Both the position numbers and the translations under genes were made by a program. This document shows, in pieces, positions 18,390 through 28,323 of a stretch of DNA of 64,000 nucleotides (position 1 is the first letter of the stretch; each line of letters starts with the position of its first letter). Source of the stretch: Candidatus Omnitrophota bacterium (GTDB lineage: Bacteria; Omnitrophota; Gorgyraeia; Zapsychrales; Fredricksoniimonadaceae). The notes below the pieces were generated by a model. That model saw only the letters and a list, made by a program, of their open reading frames with translations. It was not told the DNA's origin and did no database searches. The stretch lies in contig JAUSEK010000023.1 of the NCBI GenBank assembly GCA_030650275.1, forward strand, positions 107,581 to 171,580, in the 5' to 3' direction.

Positions 18390-19135
18390 CCCGATGGCTT
18401 TTGTCCTGTTTTTTGCTGCTGACCGGCTGCGCCACCTACAATACCGCCACCGAGCGCAACGAGATCATTCTCATTTCCACCTCTTCCGAAGTGGCGATGG
18501 CCCACAGCATTCACAGTCAGATCTCTTCTCAAAATAAGATCATCAGTAATACCGACGAGACCAGGCGCCTGGAGCGCATTGGCGGGCGCGTGGCGCGCGT
18601 CAGCGACCGCCAGGATTACCAGTATCATTTCTACCTGATCGACAGCGACGAGATCAACGCCTTCACCGTGCCGGGCGGCAACATCTATTTTTATACGGGG
18701 CTTTTGCGCCGCCTGCCCTCGGACGACCAGGTCGCCTCGGTCCTCGCCCATGAGGTCGGTCATTGCGCGGCCAAACACACCGTCAAGAAATTCCAGGCCG
18801 CTTTGGGTTATAACGTCGCCCGCAATGTGCTGGTCAACATCCTTGCTTTAAGGGCGCCGGGGGTCCAGTCCGTGGCAGGATTGGGCGCGGATGCCGTCAT
18901 GAACCTGGCCAACTCCGCCTACAGCCGACGGGACGAATATGAGGCGGACCGTTTGGGAATTAAATATCTGTATTTGGCCGGTTTTGATTTAAATGGTATG
19001 ATACAGGCATTTGATGTCCTGCAGGAGGCGACCAAGGGCGATCACAGCCCTCTGATCCTCAGATCACATCCTTTTTTAAAGGACCGCATCGTGGCTGTGC
19101 GCAAAGAGATCGAGGCTGTCGGGACAAAATACTGA
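18386..19135 (+). CDS. M48-family Zn metalloprotease lipoprotein
   Basis: It has the lipobox LLLTGC and an HEVGH...E zincin motif (LAHEVGHCAAKH). Confidence 0.8.
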   Translation: MTRWLLSCFLLLTGCATYNTATERNEIILISTSSEVAMAHSIHSQISSQNKIISNTDETRRLERIGGRVARVSDRQDYQYHFYLIDSDEINAFTVPGGNIYFYTGLLRRLPSDDQVASVLAHEVGHCAAKHTVKKFQAALGYNVARNVLVNILALRAPGVQSVAGLGADAVMNLANSAYSRRDEYEADRLGIKYLYLAGFDLNGMIQAFDVLQEATKGDHSPLILRSHPFLKDRIVAVRKEIEAVGTKY

Positions 19136-19164
19136 CGTAGGGGCCGGGTCACCCGGCCCGAAGG

Positions 19165-19461
19165 GTGCTCATGCGGCGCATCGGGATCGCGGCCAGCAAA
19201 ATGGCCAGGGGCAGTTTGCCCAAGTACAATGTTTTCGTCATCATGATCGCTTTTTTGTGTTCTTTGCTTTTGTTCTTTATCTGCGGGCTCTCCATTTTAG
19301 CGGCGCTGTTTTTGGTTTCTTTGGTGTGCCGGCCGTTTTTGTCTCCGGAATTTAACGCTGCGTCACCGGCGATCGTCCGGGTATGTCTGGTCGCCCTGGC
19401 CGTTGTCATCGGGGTCCTCAACGTTTTGGCCGTGATCAAGAACGTAAAAGTCAACAAATAG
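19165..19461 (+). CDS. Small 3-TM membrane protein, hypothetical (possibly the detached membrane anchor of the following sensor kinase)
   Basis: Its 98 aa are strongly hydrophobic and it ends 6 nt before the HK start. The antisense 359-aa ORF over the same region is rejected. Confidence 0.3.
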   Translation: MLMRRIGIAASKMARGSLPKYNVFVIMIAFLCSLLLFFICGLSILAALFLVSLVCRPFLSPEFNAASPAIVRVCLVALAVVIGVLNVLAVIKNVKVNK

Positions 19462-19466
19462 GGATT

Positions 19467-21053
19467 ATGCCTTCTAAAGCCGCACATCTGTCCGCCCAGC
19501 AGCAAATATTCAAGGTTGTCTTTGAACGCTCTCCCGCCGGCATCACCGTCACCGACCAGCACGAGCGCATCACAGCCTGGAATCCCATGGCCGAGAAGAT
19601 GCTCGGCATGGGCCACAAGGACCTTTTGAACAAACCTGTCCAGGACCTCTATACGCCAGACGAGTGGAAACGCATGCGTGACCTGCAGATCCGCAAGCAC
19701 GGGATGCTGGCCGACATCGCCACCAAGGTCATCCGCAAGGACGGGACCATGCTGGACGTCAACACTTCGATCGCTGTGCTCAAGGACAATGACGGCCATG
19801 TCGTGGGCGCCATCGGCATCATGCATGACATGTCCCGCCAGAAGATGGTGGAAGAACAGTTGATGCAGGCCAAACTTGCCGCGGAACAGGCCAATATCGC
19901 CAAGAGTGTATTTTTGGCCAACATGTCCCATGAGGTGCGCACCCCCATGAACGCCATCATCGGTATGCTGGACCTGACATTGGACACCGCGCTCAACGAT
20001 GAGCAAAAGGACAATCTGGAAGTGGCCAAGGATGCCGCGGACAATCTCTTGAGTTTGATCAATGATATTTTGGATCTTTCCCGGGCCGAAGCGGGCAAGG
20101 TCGTCGTCGAAGAAATTGAGATCAATGTGCCGGACATCGTCAAGAACGTCGGCAAGGGGCTTTCGGTGCTGGCGCGCAATAAGAGCATTGACCTGATGTG
20201 GAACGTTGATGCCGGCATCCCGCGGCAATTGGTCGGCGACCCGGTGCGTTTAAGGCAGGTTTTGGTCAATCTGGTCAATAATGCGATCAAATTCACCAAC
20301 AAAGGCCAGGTGCAGGTCAACGCCAAAATGGAGTCCTTAACAGCCAAGGACTGTGTCGTCAAGTTTGAGGTCATAGACCAGGGCATCGGCATCCCTAAAA
20401 AGAATTTGGCCACGATTTTTGACGTGTTCACCGAAGCGCACAACACCACGGCCCGCCGTTATGGAGGCACGGGGCTGGGACTGGCGATCTGCAAAAAGAT
20501 CGTCGAGATGATGCGCGGGGCCATTTGGGTCGAAAGCACCGAGGGCAAGGGGAGCATGTTTTATTTCACCATCATTTTTGGCGTCAACCCCGATCTCATA
20601 TGCCACCCCGTGCATGGTCAGGCGCGCGGGCAGGCGGTTGTCCAGGACAATCTTCCCGATGAGATCAGGCATTTGCGCGTCCTTTTGGCGGAAGATAATG
20701 TGGTCAACCAGCGCATCGCGGTCAAGACGCTGGAAAAATTCGGCTGGTCGGTGCACGTCGCCGGTGACGGCCAGGAGGTTTTGGATATTCTCAACAAACA
20801 GGCCTTCGATGTCATTTTGATGGACGACCAGATGCCTCTGTTGACCGGGGCGGAAGCCACCCAGGTCATACGCCGCGAAGAAAAACAGACGGGACAGCAT
20901 ATTCCCATCATCGCCATGACCGCCAATGCCATGTCCGGCGACCGCGAAAGGTATCTGGCCATCGGCATGGACGGTTATGTGTCCAAGCCCATTGACCGCC
21001 AGGTCCTGTATCAAGAGGTTGTCCATCTCGTGACACAACGTTTGAAAGAATAG
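19467..21053 (+). CDS. Hybrid sensor histidine kinase (PAS–HisKA–HATPase_c–REC)
   Basis: It has a PAS domain, the H-box ANMSHEVRTPMN, the G-boxes GGTGLGLAICK and a C-terminal receiver with D..D...K. Confidence 0.85.
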   Translation: MPSKAAHLSAQQQIFKVVFERSPAGITVTDQHERITAWNPMAEKMLGMGHKDLLNKPVQDLYTPDEWKRMRDLQIRKHGMLADIATKVIRKDGTMLDVNTSIAVLKDNDGHVVGAIGIMHDMSRQKMVEEQLMQAKLAAEQANIAKSVFLANMSHEVRTPMNAIIGMLDLTLDTALNDEQKDNLEVAKDAADNLLSLINDILDLSRAEAGKVVVEEIEINVPDIVKNVGKGLSVLARNKSIDLMWNVDAGIPRQLVGDPVRLRQVLVNLVNNAIKFTNKGQVQVNAKMESLTAKDCVVKFEVIDQGIGIPKKNLATIFDVFTEAHNTTARRYGGTGLGLAICKKIVEMMRGAIWVESTEGKGSMFYFTIIFGVNPDLICHPVHGQARGQAVVQDNLPDEIRHLRVLLAEDNVVNQRIAVKTLEKFGWSVHVAGDGQEVLDILNKQAFDVILMDDQMPLLTGAEATQVIRREEKQTGQHIPIIAMTANAMSGDRERYLAIGMDGYVSKPIDRQVLYQEVVHLVTQRLKE

Positions 21054-21068
21054 AAAGGCCTCAAGTCC

Positions 21069-21422
21069 ATGAGCGATGATGCGATCGACCTGCCGGAAGC
21101 CCTGGAGCGGGTCCAGGATGACAAGGGTTTTCTGGTGGAATTGCTGGATGTTTTTCAGGAGGATTTCTTAAAAAAGCGGGCCGTTCTGGCAGAGGCCCTG
21201 ACAACCAGGGATATCATGAAGGTCATGGAAGTCGCCCATTCCATGAAAGGTTCCTCGGGTAATATTTCAGCCAAAGGCATATACACCATATGCCTGGAGC
21301 TGGAAAAGCTCGCCAAAACCAACAGCACCGACGGTATGCAGGATCTGGCCAGGAACATCGATGTCCAGTTCGCGGGCGTTCAGGCGTTCGCCGCCAAGCT
21401 CAAAAAAGAGTTGGGCGGATGA
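21069..21422 (+). CDS. Hpt phosphotransfer protein
   Basis: It carries the HSMKGSSGNISA motif typical of the Hpt domain and is 117 aa. Confidence 0.75.
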   Translation: MSDDAIDLPEALERVQDDKGFLVELLDVFQEDFLKKRAVLAEALTTRDIMKVMEVAHSMKGSSGNISAKGIYTICLELEKLAKTNSTDGMQDLARNIDVQFAGVQAFAAKLKKELGG

Positions 21423-22831
21423 CCGCCGTCCGTGACCTTTGGCCGGCCTTGTCCCTTGTGGCCGTCGCCTGTGTCCTTTATGCCAATACTGTTGTTCATC
21501 CGTTCGTCCACGATGACCTTGTTTTTATAGTCCAGAATCCCGCCATCAGCCGGCTCGATCATATCGCCGGTATTTTTTTGGACCCTTCCGGCGCGGTCTC
21601 CCACGGCATCAACGCGTATTACCGTCCTGTCCTGGAATTGATCTACCGTCTGGAATACCGGTTTCTCGGGCCTGATCCCAGCGGGTATCACGCGTTCAAT
21701 GTCCTCGTGCACGCGGCCAACGGCGTGCTCATTTTCTTTCTTTTGTCCCGTCTGGGCTTGGGGTCACGCGGCCTGGCCTGGGGGTTGTCCGCGATCTTCC
21801 TCGTCCATCCGGCGCAAAGCGAGTCGGTGGCCTGCGTTGCCGGCATATCCAATCTTGCGTCGGCATTTTTTATTCTGGCATGCCTTTATTTTTACGTGTC
21901 CCGCCGTACTGTTTGGGCCATGGCCGCGTTTGTTCTCGGCCTGTTCACCAAAGAATCCACGGTCATCCTTCCGCTCATGTTGATCGTCGTGGACCGCCTG
22001 TATATCGGTGGATCTGCCGGCCGCACATGGACCCGCGCGGGACCGTTTGCGGCGCTTGCGTGTGTTTTTCTGGTCCTTCGTCAGTATTTGACGGGGACGG
22101 ATCCGGTTTCAGCTGTTTTGGCCTCGCCGGGAGAACTTGCCTTACGCCTCCTGGCCATCCCGCGCACCCTGCTGACTTACGGAAAGATCATTGTCCGGCC
22201 GGATGACCTGCATTATTACCGCAACACCGATATCCTGGCGCCCAATGCCTGGGCTTTCGCGCTCCTGGGGCTGATCATCCTGACGGGGCTGTGGTGGTTC
22301 AGGCGGCTTAATACCGATGACAAAAGAACAGTTATTTTTGGGGCCGGATGGTTCTTGGCGTTCCTGCTTCCTGTCCTCAATGTCGCGCCGCTCATTAATG
22401 AATATTCGTTCATCCTGACCGCCGAGCATTTTTTATACCTTCCCATCGTCGGTGTTTTACTGACCGGCGGCGTTGTCCTGTGCCGTTGGACGGTCCGTCC
22501 GTCCGTGCGCAAGGGCATATTCGCCGTGGTTTTCGCGGCGTGCTTCGTTACCACCGTTGGGCAGAACACCTTCTGGAGAGGGGAGGTCCCGCTGTTTGAG
22601 CGCATGATCCGTTTTGAGCCGCGCTTCGGCCGCGGCCATATTCTTTTGGCCAGGGCGTATGATGCCGACCACCGTTATGATCTGGCCAGGCGTCATTTCC
22701 TGATCGCCCTGGGTATCATGCAGGGTTACGCGGCCAGGGCATCTAACGCGACGGCGAAAAACATTTATCTGGGCTTCATCAGGGATATTCATATGGATTT
22801 GACGCGGCTGGAAAAGATGGGCAAATTGTGA
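21419..22831 (+). CDS. Polytopic membrane protein with C-terminal TPR-like region (TMTC/PMT_2 (DUF2723)-like putative glycosyltransferase)
   Basis: It has about 10 TM helices and then a soluble TPR-like tail. Its start overlaps the Hpt stop as ATGA. Confidence 0.5.
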   Translation: MTAVRDLWPALSLVAVACVLYANTVVHPFVHDDLVFIVQNPAISRLDHIAGIFLDPSGAVSHGINAYYRPVLELIYRLEYRFLGPDPSGYHAFNVLVHAANGVLIFFLLSRLGLGSRGLAWGLSAIFLVHPAQSESVACVAGISNLASAFFILACLYFYVSRRTVWAMAAFVLGLFTKESTVILPLMLIVVDRLYIGGSAGRTWTRAGPFAALACVFLVLRQYLTGTDPVSAVLASPGELALRLLAIPRTLLTYGKIIVRPDDLHYYRNTDILAPNAWAFALLGLIILTGLWWFRRLNTDDKRTVIFGAGWFLAFLLPVLNVAPLINEYSFILTAEHFLYLPIVGVLLTGGVVLCRWTVRPSVRKGIFAVVFAACFVTTVGQNTFWRGEVPLFERMIRFEPRFGRGHILLARAYDADHRYDLARRHFLIALGIMQGYAARASNATAKNIYLGFIRDIHMDLTRLEKMGKL

Positions 22832-22868
22832 TAGTTTAAGGACATTCCGTAAGTTTGGGGGCTCATTT

Positions 22869-23555
22869 ATGTTTTGGATCGTTGTGATCAGTTTTGCTGT
22901 TTTGATCGGCGTCGCGTTGGCGGTCTATGCCATGCCGTCGGACTCTACCAAGGCGTCCAGAAGGAGGGAGAGGCGGCCGGAGCCCGTGCCCCAGGAAAAT
23001 CCTAAGGACAAAGAATGGCAGGCCATTGCCCAGCGCTGGGAAAAACATAATCTCGGCCTGCAGGGCGATATCGAAAAAATGAAGATGGAGCAAAAGAAAT
23101 TCCTGCAGGACATGGAGGACCAGAAAGCTCGCAACCAGGAGCTCGTCGAGAAATTGGCCCTGGAAAAAGGGTGGAGGGAAAAGGAGCAGGGGAACCTGGA
23201 CAAGGCCAAGGCCCATGAGAAGGACCTTAAGGAACAGATCTTCCGCACGGAAGGTGATCTGGAAAAAGAACACACGGCCCGCCTGCGCGCCGAGCGCGAC
23301 CATCAGGAATTAAAGATCAAAACCGATGCCCTTTTGGAAGAAAAACGCCTGTTGTCCACCAAAGCCATGAGTTTGGAAACCACGGTCCAGCAATTGTCTA
23401 AGGAGGCCAGGGAGCTCAAGCGCGACAATGAAAACTTAAGCCGCAAGCGTGAGGATATCCAGTGGGTGGCCAAGTCGGAGTTTGAAGAGGTCAAAAAACT
23501 TTTACTCGCCAAAGAGCAGGAGATCGCCCGGCTGAAAAACGCCCCCGCCGGCTGA
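22869..23555 (+). CDS. Membrane-anchored coiled-coil protein, hypothetical
   Basis: An N-terminal TM helix is followed by about 190 aa rich in E, K and Q, predicted as coiled coil. Confidence 0.45.
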   Translation: MFWIVVISFAVLIGVALAVYAMPSDSTKASRRRERRPEPVPQENPKDKEWQAIAQRWEKHNLGLQGDIEKMKMEQKKFLQDMEDQKARNQELVEKLALEKGWREKEQGNLDKAKAHEKDLKEQIFRTEGDLEKEHTARLRAERDHQELKIKTDALLEEKRLLSTKAMSLETTVQQLSKEARELKRDNENLSRKREDIQWVAKSEFEEVKKLLLAKEQEIARLKNAPAG

Positions 23556-23560
23556 CCATT

Positions 23561-24727
23561 ATGCTTTTTTCCCGACGTACGGACTGGCCATTAGTCCCCA
23601 ATGAACTTGCAGACATCTTGCAGAATATGCGCGCGCAAGGTCAGGACATTTTGGATCTGACCGAGTCCAATCCGACCCGGTGCGGTTTCAATTATTCCCC
23701 GTCGATATTATCCGCGTTCAATGTTCCGGACAATTTGACCTATGACCCGGCCTCCCAGGGGGTTCCCAAGGCCCGGCAGGCGGTGGCCGGATATTACGCG
23801 GCCAAGGGTTTGTCCGTCAACGTGGATGATATTGTTCTCACCTCCAGCACGTCCGAGGCGTATGCGTTCCTTTTGCGGCTTTTGTTGAACCCCGGGGAGA
23901 AAGCCCTTGTCCCGCGGCCCAGTTATCCGTTATTCCAGTTTTTGCTGGAGCTCAATGATGTTGCCTATACCCAGTATCCTTTGGTCTACGATGGGGCGTG
24001 GCGTCTGGACCAACAGGCCCTTGAAGACGCGGTGGATGAGAAAACCCGCGCTGTCATTCTGGTCAATCCCAATAATCCGACGGGGTCCTATGTCCAAAAG
24101 GATGAACTGGATTTTTTGAACGGCCTGTGCCTGCGGCATTCCCTGTCTTTGATCTCCGACGAGGTTTTTATGGATTATGGGTGGGGGCCGCGGGCCGGCG
24201 TGACCTTGATGGGAAACGCGCGGGTGCCGACCTTTGTGCTGGGCGGATTGTCCAAGACATTGGGGCTGCCGCAGATGAAAATGTCCTGGCTGGCCATGTC
24301 CGGTCCACGGGACACCATCGCCACGGCCATGGGGCGTCTGGAGATCATCGCGGACACGTTTTTGTCCGTCAATACGCCCGTGCAGAATGCCGCGCCCGTC
24401 TGGCTGGCTGATGCCGGCGGCGTCCGGGACCAGGTGCTACGCAGAGTGAAAGACAACTGGTTCTGGCTTAATGCTCACGTTCCCGCCGGTGTCAAGGTAT
24501 TGTCCGCCCAGGGCGGCTGGTATGCGGTGCTGGCCATTGAGGGCCTTACGGACGAGGAGGCCTTTGTCACCGGACTGCTCAAGGACGAACGCGTTCTGGC
24601 GCATCCCGGGTATTTTTTTGATTTTGAGGCCTCGGGATACGTTGTTGTGTCGCTTTTACCAACTGCGGAAATTTTTTGCCAGGCCGCCGGCCGTCTGTTA
24701 AGATATGTCCATGAACAAAAGACCTGA
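23561..24727 (+). CDS. PLP-dependent aminotransferase, class I/II (AlaA/AlaC-like)
   Basis: It has the fold-type I motifs ...NPNNPTG... and ...SKT.G..G.R.G... Confidence 0.85.
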   Translation: MLFSRRTDWPLVPNELADILQNMRAQGQDILDLTESNPTRCGFNYSPSILSAFNVPDNLTYDPASQGVPKARQAVAGYYAAKGLSVNVDDIVLTSSTSEAYAFLLRLLLNPGEKALVPRPSYPLFQFLLELNDVAYTQYPLVYDGAWRLDQQALEDAVDEKTRAVILVNPNNPTGSYVQKDELDFLNGLCLRHSLSLISDEVFMDYGWGPRAGVTLMGNARVPTFVLGGLSKTLGLPQMKMSWLAMSGPRDTIATAMGRLEIIADTFLSVNTPVQNAAPVWLADAGGVRDQVLRRVKDNWFWLNAHVPAGVKVLSAQGGWYAVLAIEGLTDEEAFVTGLLKDERVLAHPGYFFDFEASGYVVVSLLPTAEIFCQAAGRLLRYVHEQKT

Positions 24728-25184
24728 CTGGGACGAATATTTCATGAAACTGGCGATGCTCGCTTCCGAGCGCGCCACATGCCCGCGCATGCATTGCGGA
24801 TGCGTCCTGGTCAAGGCCAAGAACGTCATTGCCACCGGGTATAACGGGTCCATCCCCGGGGACGAACATTGCGACGACGCGGGGTGTCTGCTCGTGGATG
24901 ACCATTGCGTGCGCACCGTGCATGCCGAAATGAACGCGCTGATCCAGGCGGCCAGGCGCGGCCATGCCGTTGAGGGAGCCGGCGCCTACATCACCAACAT
25001 GCCTTGCACCACCTGCGCCAAGGCCTTGATCACCGCCGGCGTCAAGCGCGTCGTGGTTTTTTCCGATTACCATAAGACCATGGCCACGGAATTTTTTGCC
25101 AAGGCCGGGGTCATCATTGACCGCGTTCCCATGCCGGACAAAATGATCGATTATGACCTTAAAAATTATTCTTCCGCACGCTAG
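24711..25184 (+). CDS. dCMP deaminase (ComEB-like)
   Basis: It has the N-terminal WDEYFM motif and the zinc ligands HAEMNA...PCTTCA. Confidence 0.85.
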   Translation: MNKRPDWDEYFMKLAMLASERATCPRMHCGCVLVKAKNVIATGYNGSIPGDEHCDDAGCLLVDDHCVRTVHAEMNALIQAARRGHAVEGAGAYITNMPCTTCAKALITAGVKRVVVFSDYHKTMATEFFAKAGVIIDRVPMPDKMIDYDLKNYSSAR

Positions 25185-25193
25185 GAGACAGAT

Positions 25194-25583
25194 ATGGCCA
25201 TCAAAGTCCTGATCGCCGACGACGAAGAAGCCATCCTTGGGATCATGGCTAATAAAGTGGCCGCGCAGGATTACGCGGTCGTGACCGCCCGCGACGGCCA
25301 GGAAGCGTGGGACAAGATCGTTTCCGAAAGCCCCGACGTGATCATCCTCGACATCGTCATGCCCAAAATGGACGGTTGGTCCGTCTTGCATAAACTGCGC
25401 TCTGAGCCCCCGTCGAAGAAATGGCAGCCCGTCATCATCGTTTCCGCTCTGGGGGAAATGGACCATGTGCAAAAAGGGCTGGATCTGGAAGCCGACCATT
25501 ATTTGACCAAACCCTGCCGTATCGAGGATGTTCTCAAAGGCATACGTCTGATGGTATCGTTGATCCCGGCGAGAAACGTTTAG
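25194..25583 (+). CDS. Single-domain response regulator (CheY-like)
   Basis: The REC-domain motifs DDE...D...K are present. It is 129 aa. Confidence 0.85.
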   Translation: MAIKVLIADDEEAILGIMANKVAAQDYAVVTARDGQEAWDKIVSESPDVIILDIVMPKMDGWSVLHKLRSEPPSKKWQPVIIVSALGEMDHVQKGLDLEADHYLTKPCRIEDVLKGIRLMVSLIPARNV

Positions 25584-25636
25584 CCACGGCCCCAAGCCAT
25601 GACAAATTTTGTCCCGATCGTTTGTATTGTATTGCT

Positions 25637-26830
25637 ATGAACATTTTAACGACACACGGCACGGCGATCCTTGATGGTCAGCGGCCCGTTATGCTTAAGG
25701 GCGTGAATTTCGGGGGATGGCTGATGATGGAAGCGTATTTCACGCATGCCCCGAATTTTGCCGAGAAGGTTTTTAAGGAACATTTTTCAAAAGTCCGCGG
25801 GGACAAAACCCTTGCGCAACTGGAACGGTCATTTCGCGCGAATTTCATCACCGAGGCAGACATGAAAACCGTGGCCGGCTTAGGCATGAATTGCGTGCGC
25901 CTGCCGTTCAATGGCCGTTTGCTTGAGCGAAAGCCTTATCAGGTTGATCCCGCGGGTTTTCATTATCTTGACGATGCCGTGCGCTGGGCCAGGAAATACG
26001 GCGTGCGCTTGATCCTGGATCTGCACGCGGCGCCGGGATCGCAGAATCACGACTGGCATTCGGACAGTTTGGGTAAAGCCGGGTTATGGACGTCCAACAG
26101 AAACCAAAAACGCGTGTGTGCTTTATGGGAAGCGGTGGCGGACCGTTATAAGGACGAAGGCGCGGTGGCCGGCTATGACCTGCTCAATGAGGCGGTTGTG
26201 CAGGACAATGGTCTTTTGAACCGTTTTTATAAAAGCGTCATCAAAACCATCCGTTCGGTGGACCGCAGGCACATTTTGTTCATTGAAGGCAATCGCTGGG
26301 CGCAGGACATCGACATGTTGGAGGATTTTTCCGACGACAATTGGGCTTACAGCGTCCATTTTTATGAGCCCGTGGAATTCACGTTCCATCTCAACCATTT
26401 CCTGAAATACCCGTTGATATCCAGGGCCGGAAGATGGGACGCGGGGGTGATGCGCCGCCGGATGAAGGCGTATTTGACCCAAGCGCGCTCCAGGCAAAGG
26501 CCGGTGTATGTCGGCGAGTTCGGGGTCAATGCCCGCGAAGGCGTTTACGGCGAGGACATTTATCTGCGCGACCTTTTGAAGGTGTTCAATGACTGCGGTT
26601 TCCACTGGACGTACTGGACCTATAAAGCGGTCAAAAATTATATGTTTCCCGACGGTATTTACAGTTACAGGCCTAATACTCCGTGGGTCAATCGCCAGGG
26701 GCCCAAGAGCGGCTGGGACACGTGGGCGGCCTTGTGGCCCAAGCATCAAAAGGACATGATCGCGTCCTGGCGGACAAAGACCTTCACGCCCAACGCGCGC
26801 GTCCTGGCCGAATTAAAAAAGGCCATTTGA
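25637..26830 (+). CDS. Glycoside hydrolase family 5
   Basis: It has a (β/α)8 fold with the catalytic NE (LLNEAV) and GEFG (VGEFGV) motifs. It lacks a signal peptide. Confidence 0.7.
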   Translation: MNILTTHGTAILDGQRPVMLKGVNFGGWLMMEAYFTHAPNFAEKVFKEHFSKVRGDKTLAQLERSFRANFITEADMKTVAGLGMNCVRLPFNGRLLERKPYQVDPAGFHYLDDAVRWARKYGVRLILDLHAAPGSQNHDWHSDSLGKAGLWTSNRNQKRVCALWEAVADRYKDEGAVAGYDLLNEAVVQDNGLLNRFYKSVIKTIRSVDRRHILFIEGNRWAQDIDMLEDFSDDNWAYSVHFYEPVEFTFHLNHFLKYPLISRAGRWDAGVMRRRMKAYLTQARSRQRPVYVGEFGVNAREGVYGEDIYLRDLLKVFNDCGFHWTYWTYKAVKNYMFPDGIYSYRPNTPWVNRQGPKSGWDTWAALWPKHQKDMIASWRTKTFTPNARVLAELKKAI

Positions 26831-26833
26831 ATT

Positions 26834-27628
26834 ATGGGGACACAATACTTAATTTCCAGCACACAGAACGGCCTGATCAAAGAGACCGCGGCATTGCGCG
26901 AGCATAAGGCGCGCCAGGAAACAGGCCTGACGCTCATTGATGGTCAAAGAGAGTTGGAGCGGGCTTTGCAGGCAGGCATCAAGTTGGTGCGGGTATTTTT
27001 TTGTCCCAAACTGATCCAGGGCAAGCTGAACCTCAAGTCCCTTAAAAGCGAAGGGACCGAATGCGTTGAGGTCACGGACCATATTTTCGCAAAATTGGCG
27101 TATGGTCAAAGGGTGGAGGGCGTCATCGGCGTGGCCCGCGTGCCTTCTCAAGCATTGAACGGCCTGAAATTATCCGAAAACCCTTTGATCGTGGTTGTTG
27201 AATCCGTTGAGAAACCCGGTAATTTGGGCGCCATCCTGCGCACCTGCGACGGTGCCGGCGTGGACGCTTTGCTCATCGGCGATGCCAAGACCGACCTTTA
27301 CAATCCTAATGTCATCCGCGCCAGCGTCGGCACCATATTCACCGTTGCTGCGGCCGTTGACACGAATGAAAACATCAGGGCTTTCTTAAAGACCAAGGGC
27401 GTTAAAACGCTCGGCACCTTTCCCGACGCCAAGGATGTTTATACCAAGGCGGACCTGAAAGGGCCTTTGGCTGTTGTTTTGGGCACGGAAGATGAAGGCC
27501 TAAGCCCTTTTTGGCAAAGGCATTGCGACAGGAAGGCCCATATCCCCATGGCCGGCCAGGCCGACTCACTGAATGTCTCCGTCACCGCCGCTATTGTCGT
27601 TTATGAGGCCTTAAGGCAGAGGGCTTAA
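26834..27628 (+). CDS. TrmH/SpoU-family RNA 2'-O-methyltransferase
   Basis: It carries the SPOUT motifs NLGAILRTCDGAG and ...SLNVSVTAAI. Confidence 0.8.
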   Translation: MGTQYLISSTQNGLIKETAALREHKARQETGLTLIDGQRELERALQAGIKLVRVFFCPKLIQGKLNLKSLKSEGTECVEVTDHIFAKLAYGQRVEGVIGVARVPSQALNGLKLSENPLIVVVESVEKPGNLGAILRTCDGAGVDALLIGDAKTDLYNPNVIRASVGTIFTVAAAVDTNENIRAFLKTKGVKTLGTFPDAKDVYTKADLKGPLAVVLGTEDEGLSPFWQRHCDRKAHIPMAGQADSLNVSVTAAIVVYEALRQRA

Positions 27629-28323
27629 TGCGCCTGCAGGTGTTTTTATCCCATAATGGTGTTTGTTCCCGCCGGGACGCGATGGTCCTTGTCCAGTCGG
27701 GCCGCGTGAAGGTCAACGGCCTCATCGTGCGCGAGCCGTCGTTCGCGGTTGAGGCCGGTGATGATATCATGGCCGACGGCCAAAAGGTCGAGTCCAAACA
27801 ATATTCCTATGTCATGCTCAACAAGCCCGCCGGCTATGTCACCAGCAAGGAAGATCCGCACGCGGACAAAACCATCATGGACCTGCTTCCCAAAGAATTG
27901 CATCATCTTGTTCCTGTCGGCCGTCTGGACAAGGAGAGCGAAGGCCTGCTGTTATTGACCAATGACGGCAACCTGGCCCATCGCCTGACGCATCCGAAAT
28001 TCCACGTGGATAAAACCTATACGGTGCGCGTCGGGGGCGAACTGGCCAGGGAAAAAAAGATGCGCCTGGAACACGGGGTGGTCATCGAGGGCGAAAAAAC
28101 AGCCCCTTGCTGTATCCGCGACGTACAGTATAATGGCACGGATACGGAATTCCGGATGATGATCCACGAGGGCCGCAAACGCCAGATCCGGCTCATGCTC
28201 AAAGCCGTGGGCAGTCATGTTCATTACTTAAAACGCGTTGCCGTCGGAGATCTGAAGCTGGGAGACCTCAAGACCGGCGCCTGGAGATATTTGGACCCCA
28301 AGGAAGTGAAGATCCTGCGATGA
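27628..28323 (+). CDS. rRNA pseudouridine synthase (RsuA/RluB family)
   Basis: An S4 domain is followed by the catalytic motif VGRLDKESEGLLLLTNDG. Confidence 0.8.
   Translation: MRLQVFLSHNGVCSRRDAMVLVQSGRVKVNGLIVREPSFAVEAGDDIMADGQKVESKQYSYVMLNKPAGYVTSKEDPHADKTIMDLLPKELHHLVPVGRLDKESEGLLLLTNDGNLAHRLTHPKFHVDKTYTVRVGGELAREKKMRLEHGVVIEGEKTAPCCIRDVQYNGTDTEFRMMIHEGRKRQIRLMLKAVGSHVHYLKRVAVGDLKLGDLKTGAWRYLDPKEVKILR

Noticed and set aside
19149-20228. 359-aa minus-strand ORF
   Set aside because: It overlaps the PAS/HisKA region of the hybrid kinase, which has unmistakable motifs on the + strand. It has no recognisable domain and is a GC-rich antisense artefact.
24579-25595. 338-aa minus-strand ORF
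   Set aside because: It is antisense to the dCMP deaminase and response regulator genes.
25421-25636. 5' extension of the GH5 ORF across the response-regulator gene
   Set aside because: The extension runs through the 3' end of the CheY-like gene in another frame. The ATG at 25637 gives a full GH5 domain.
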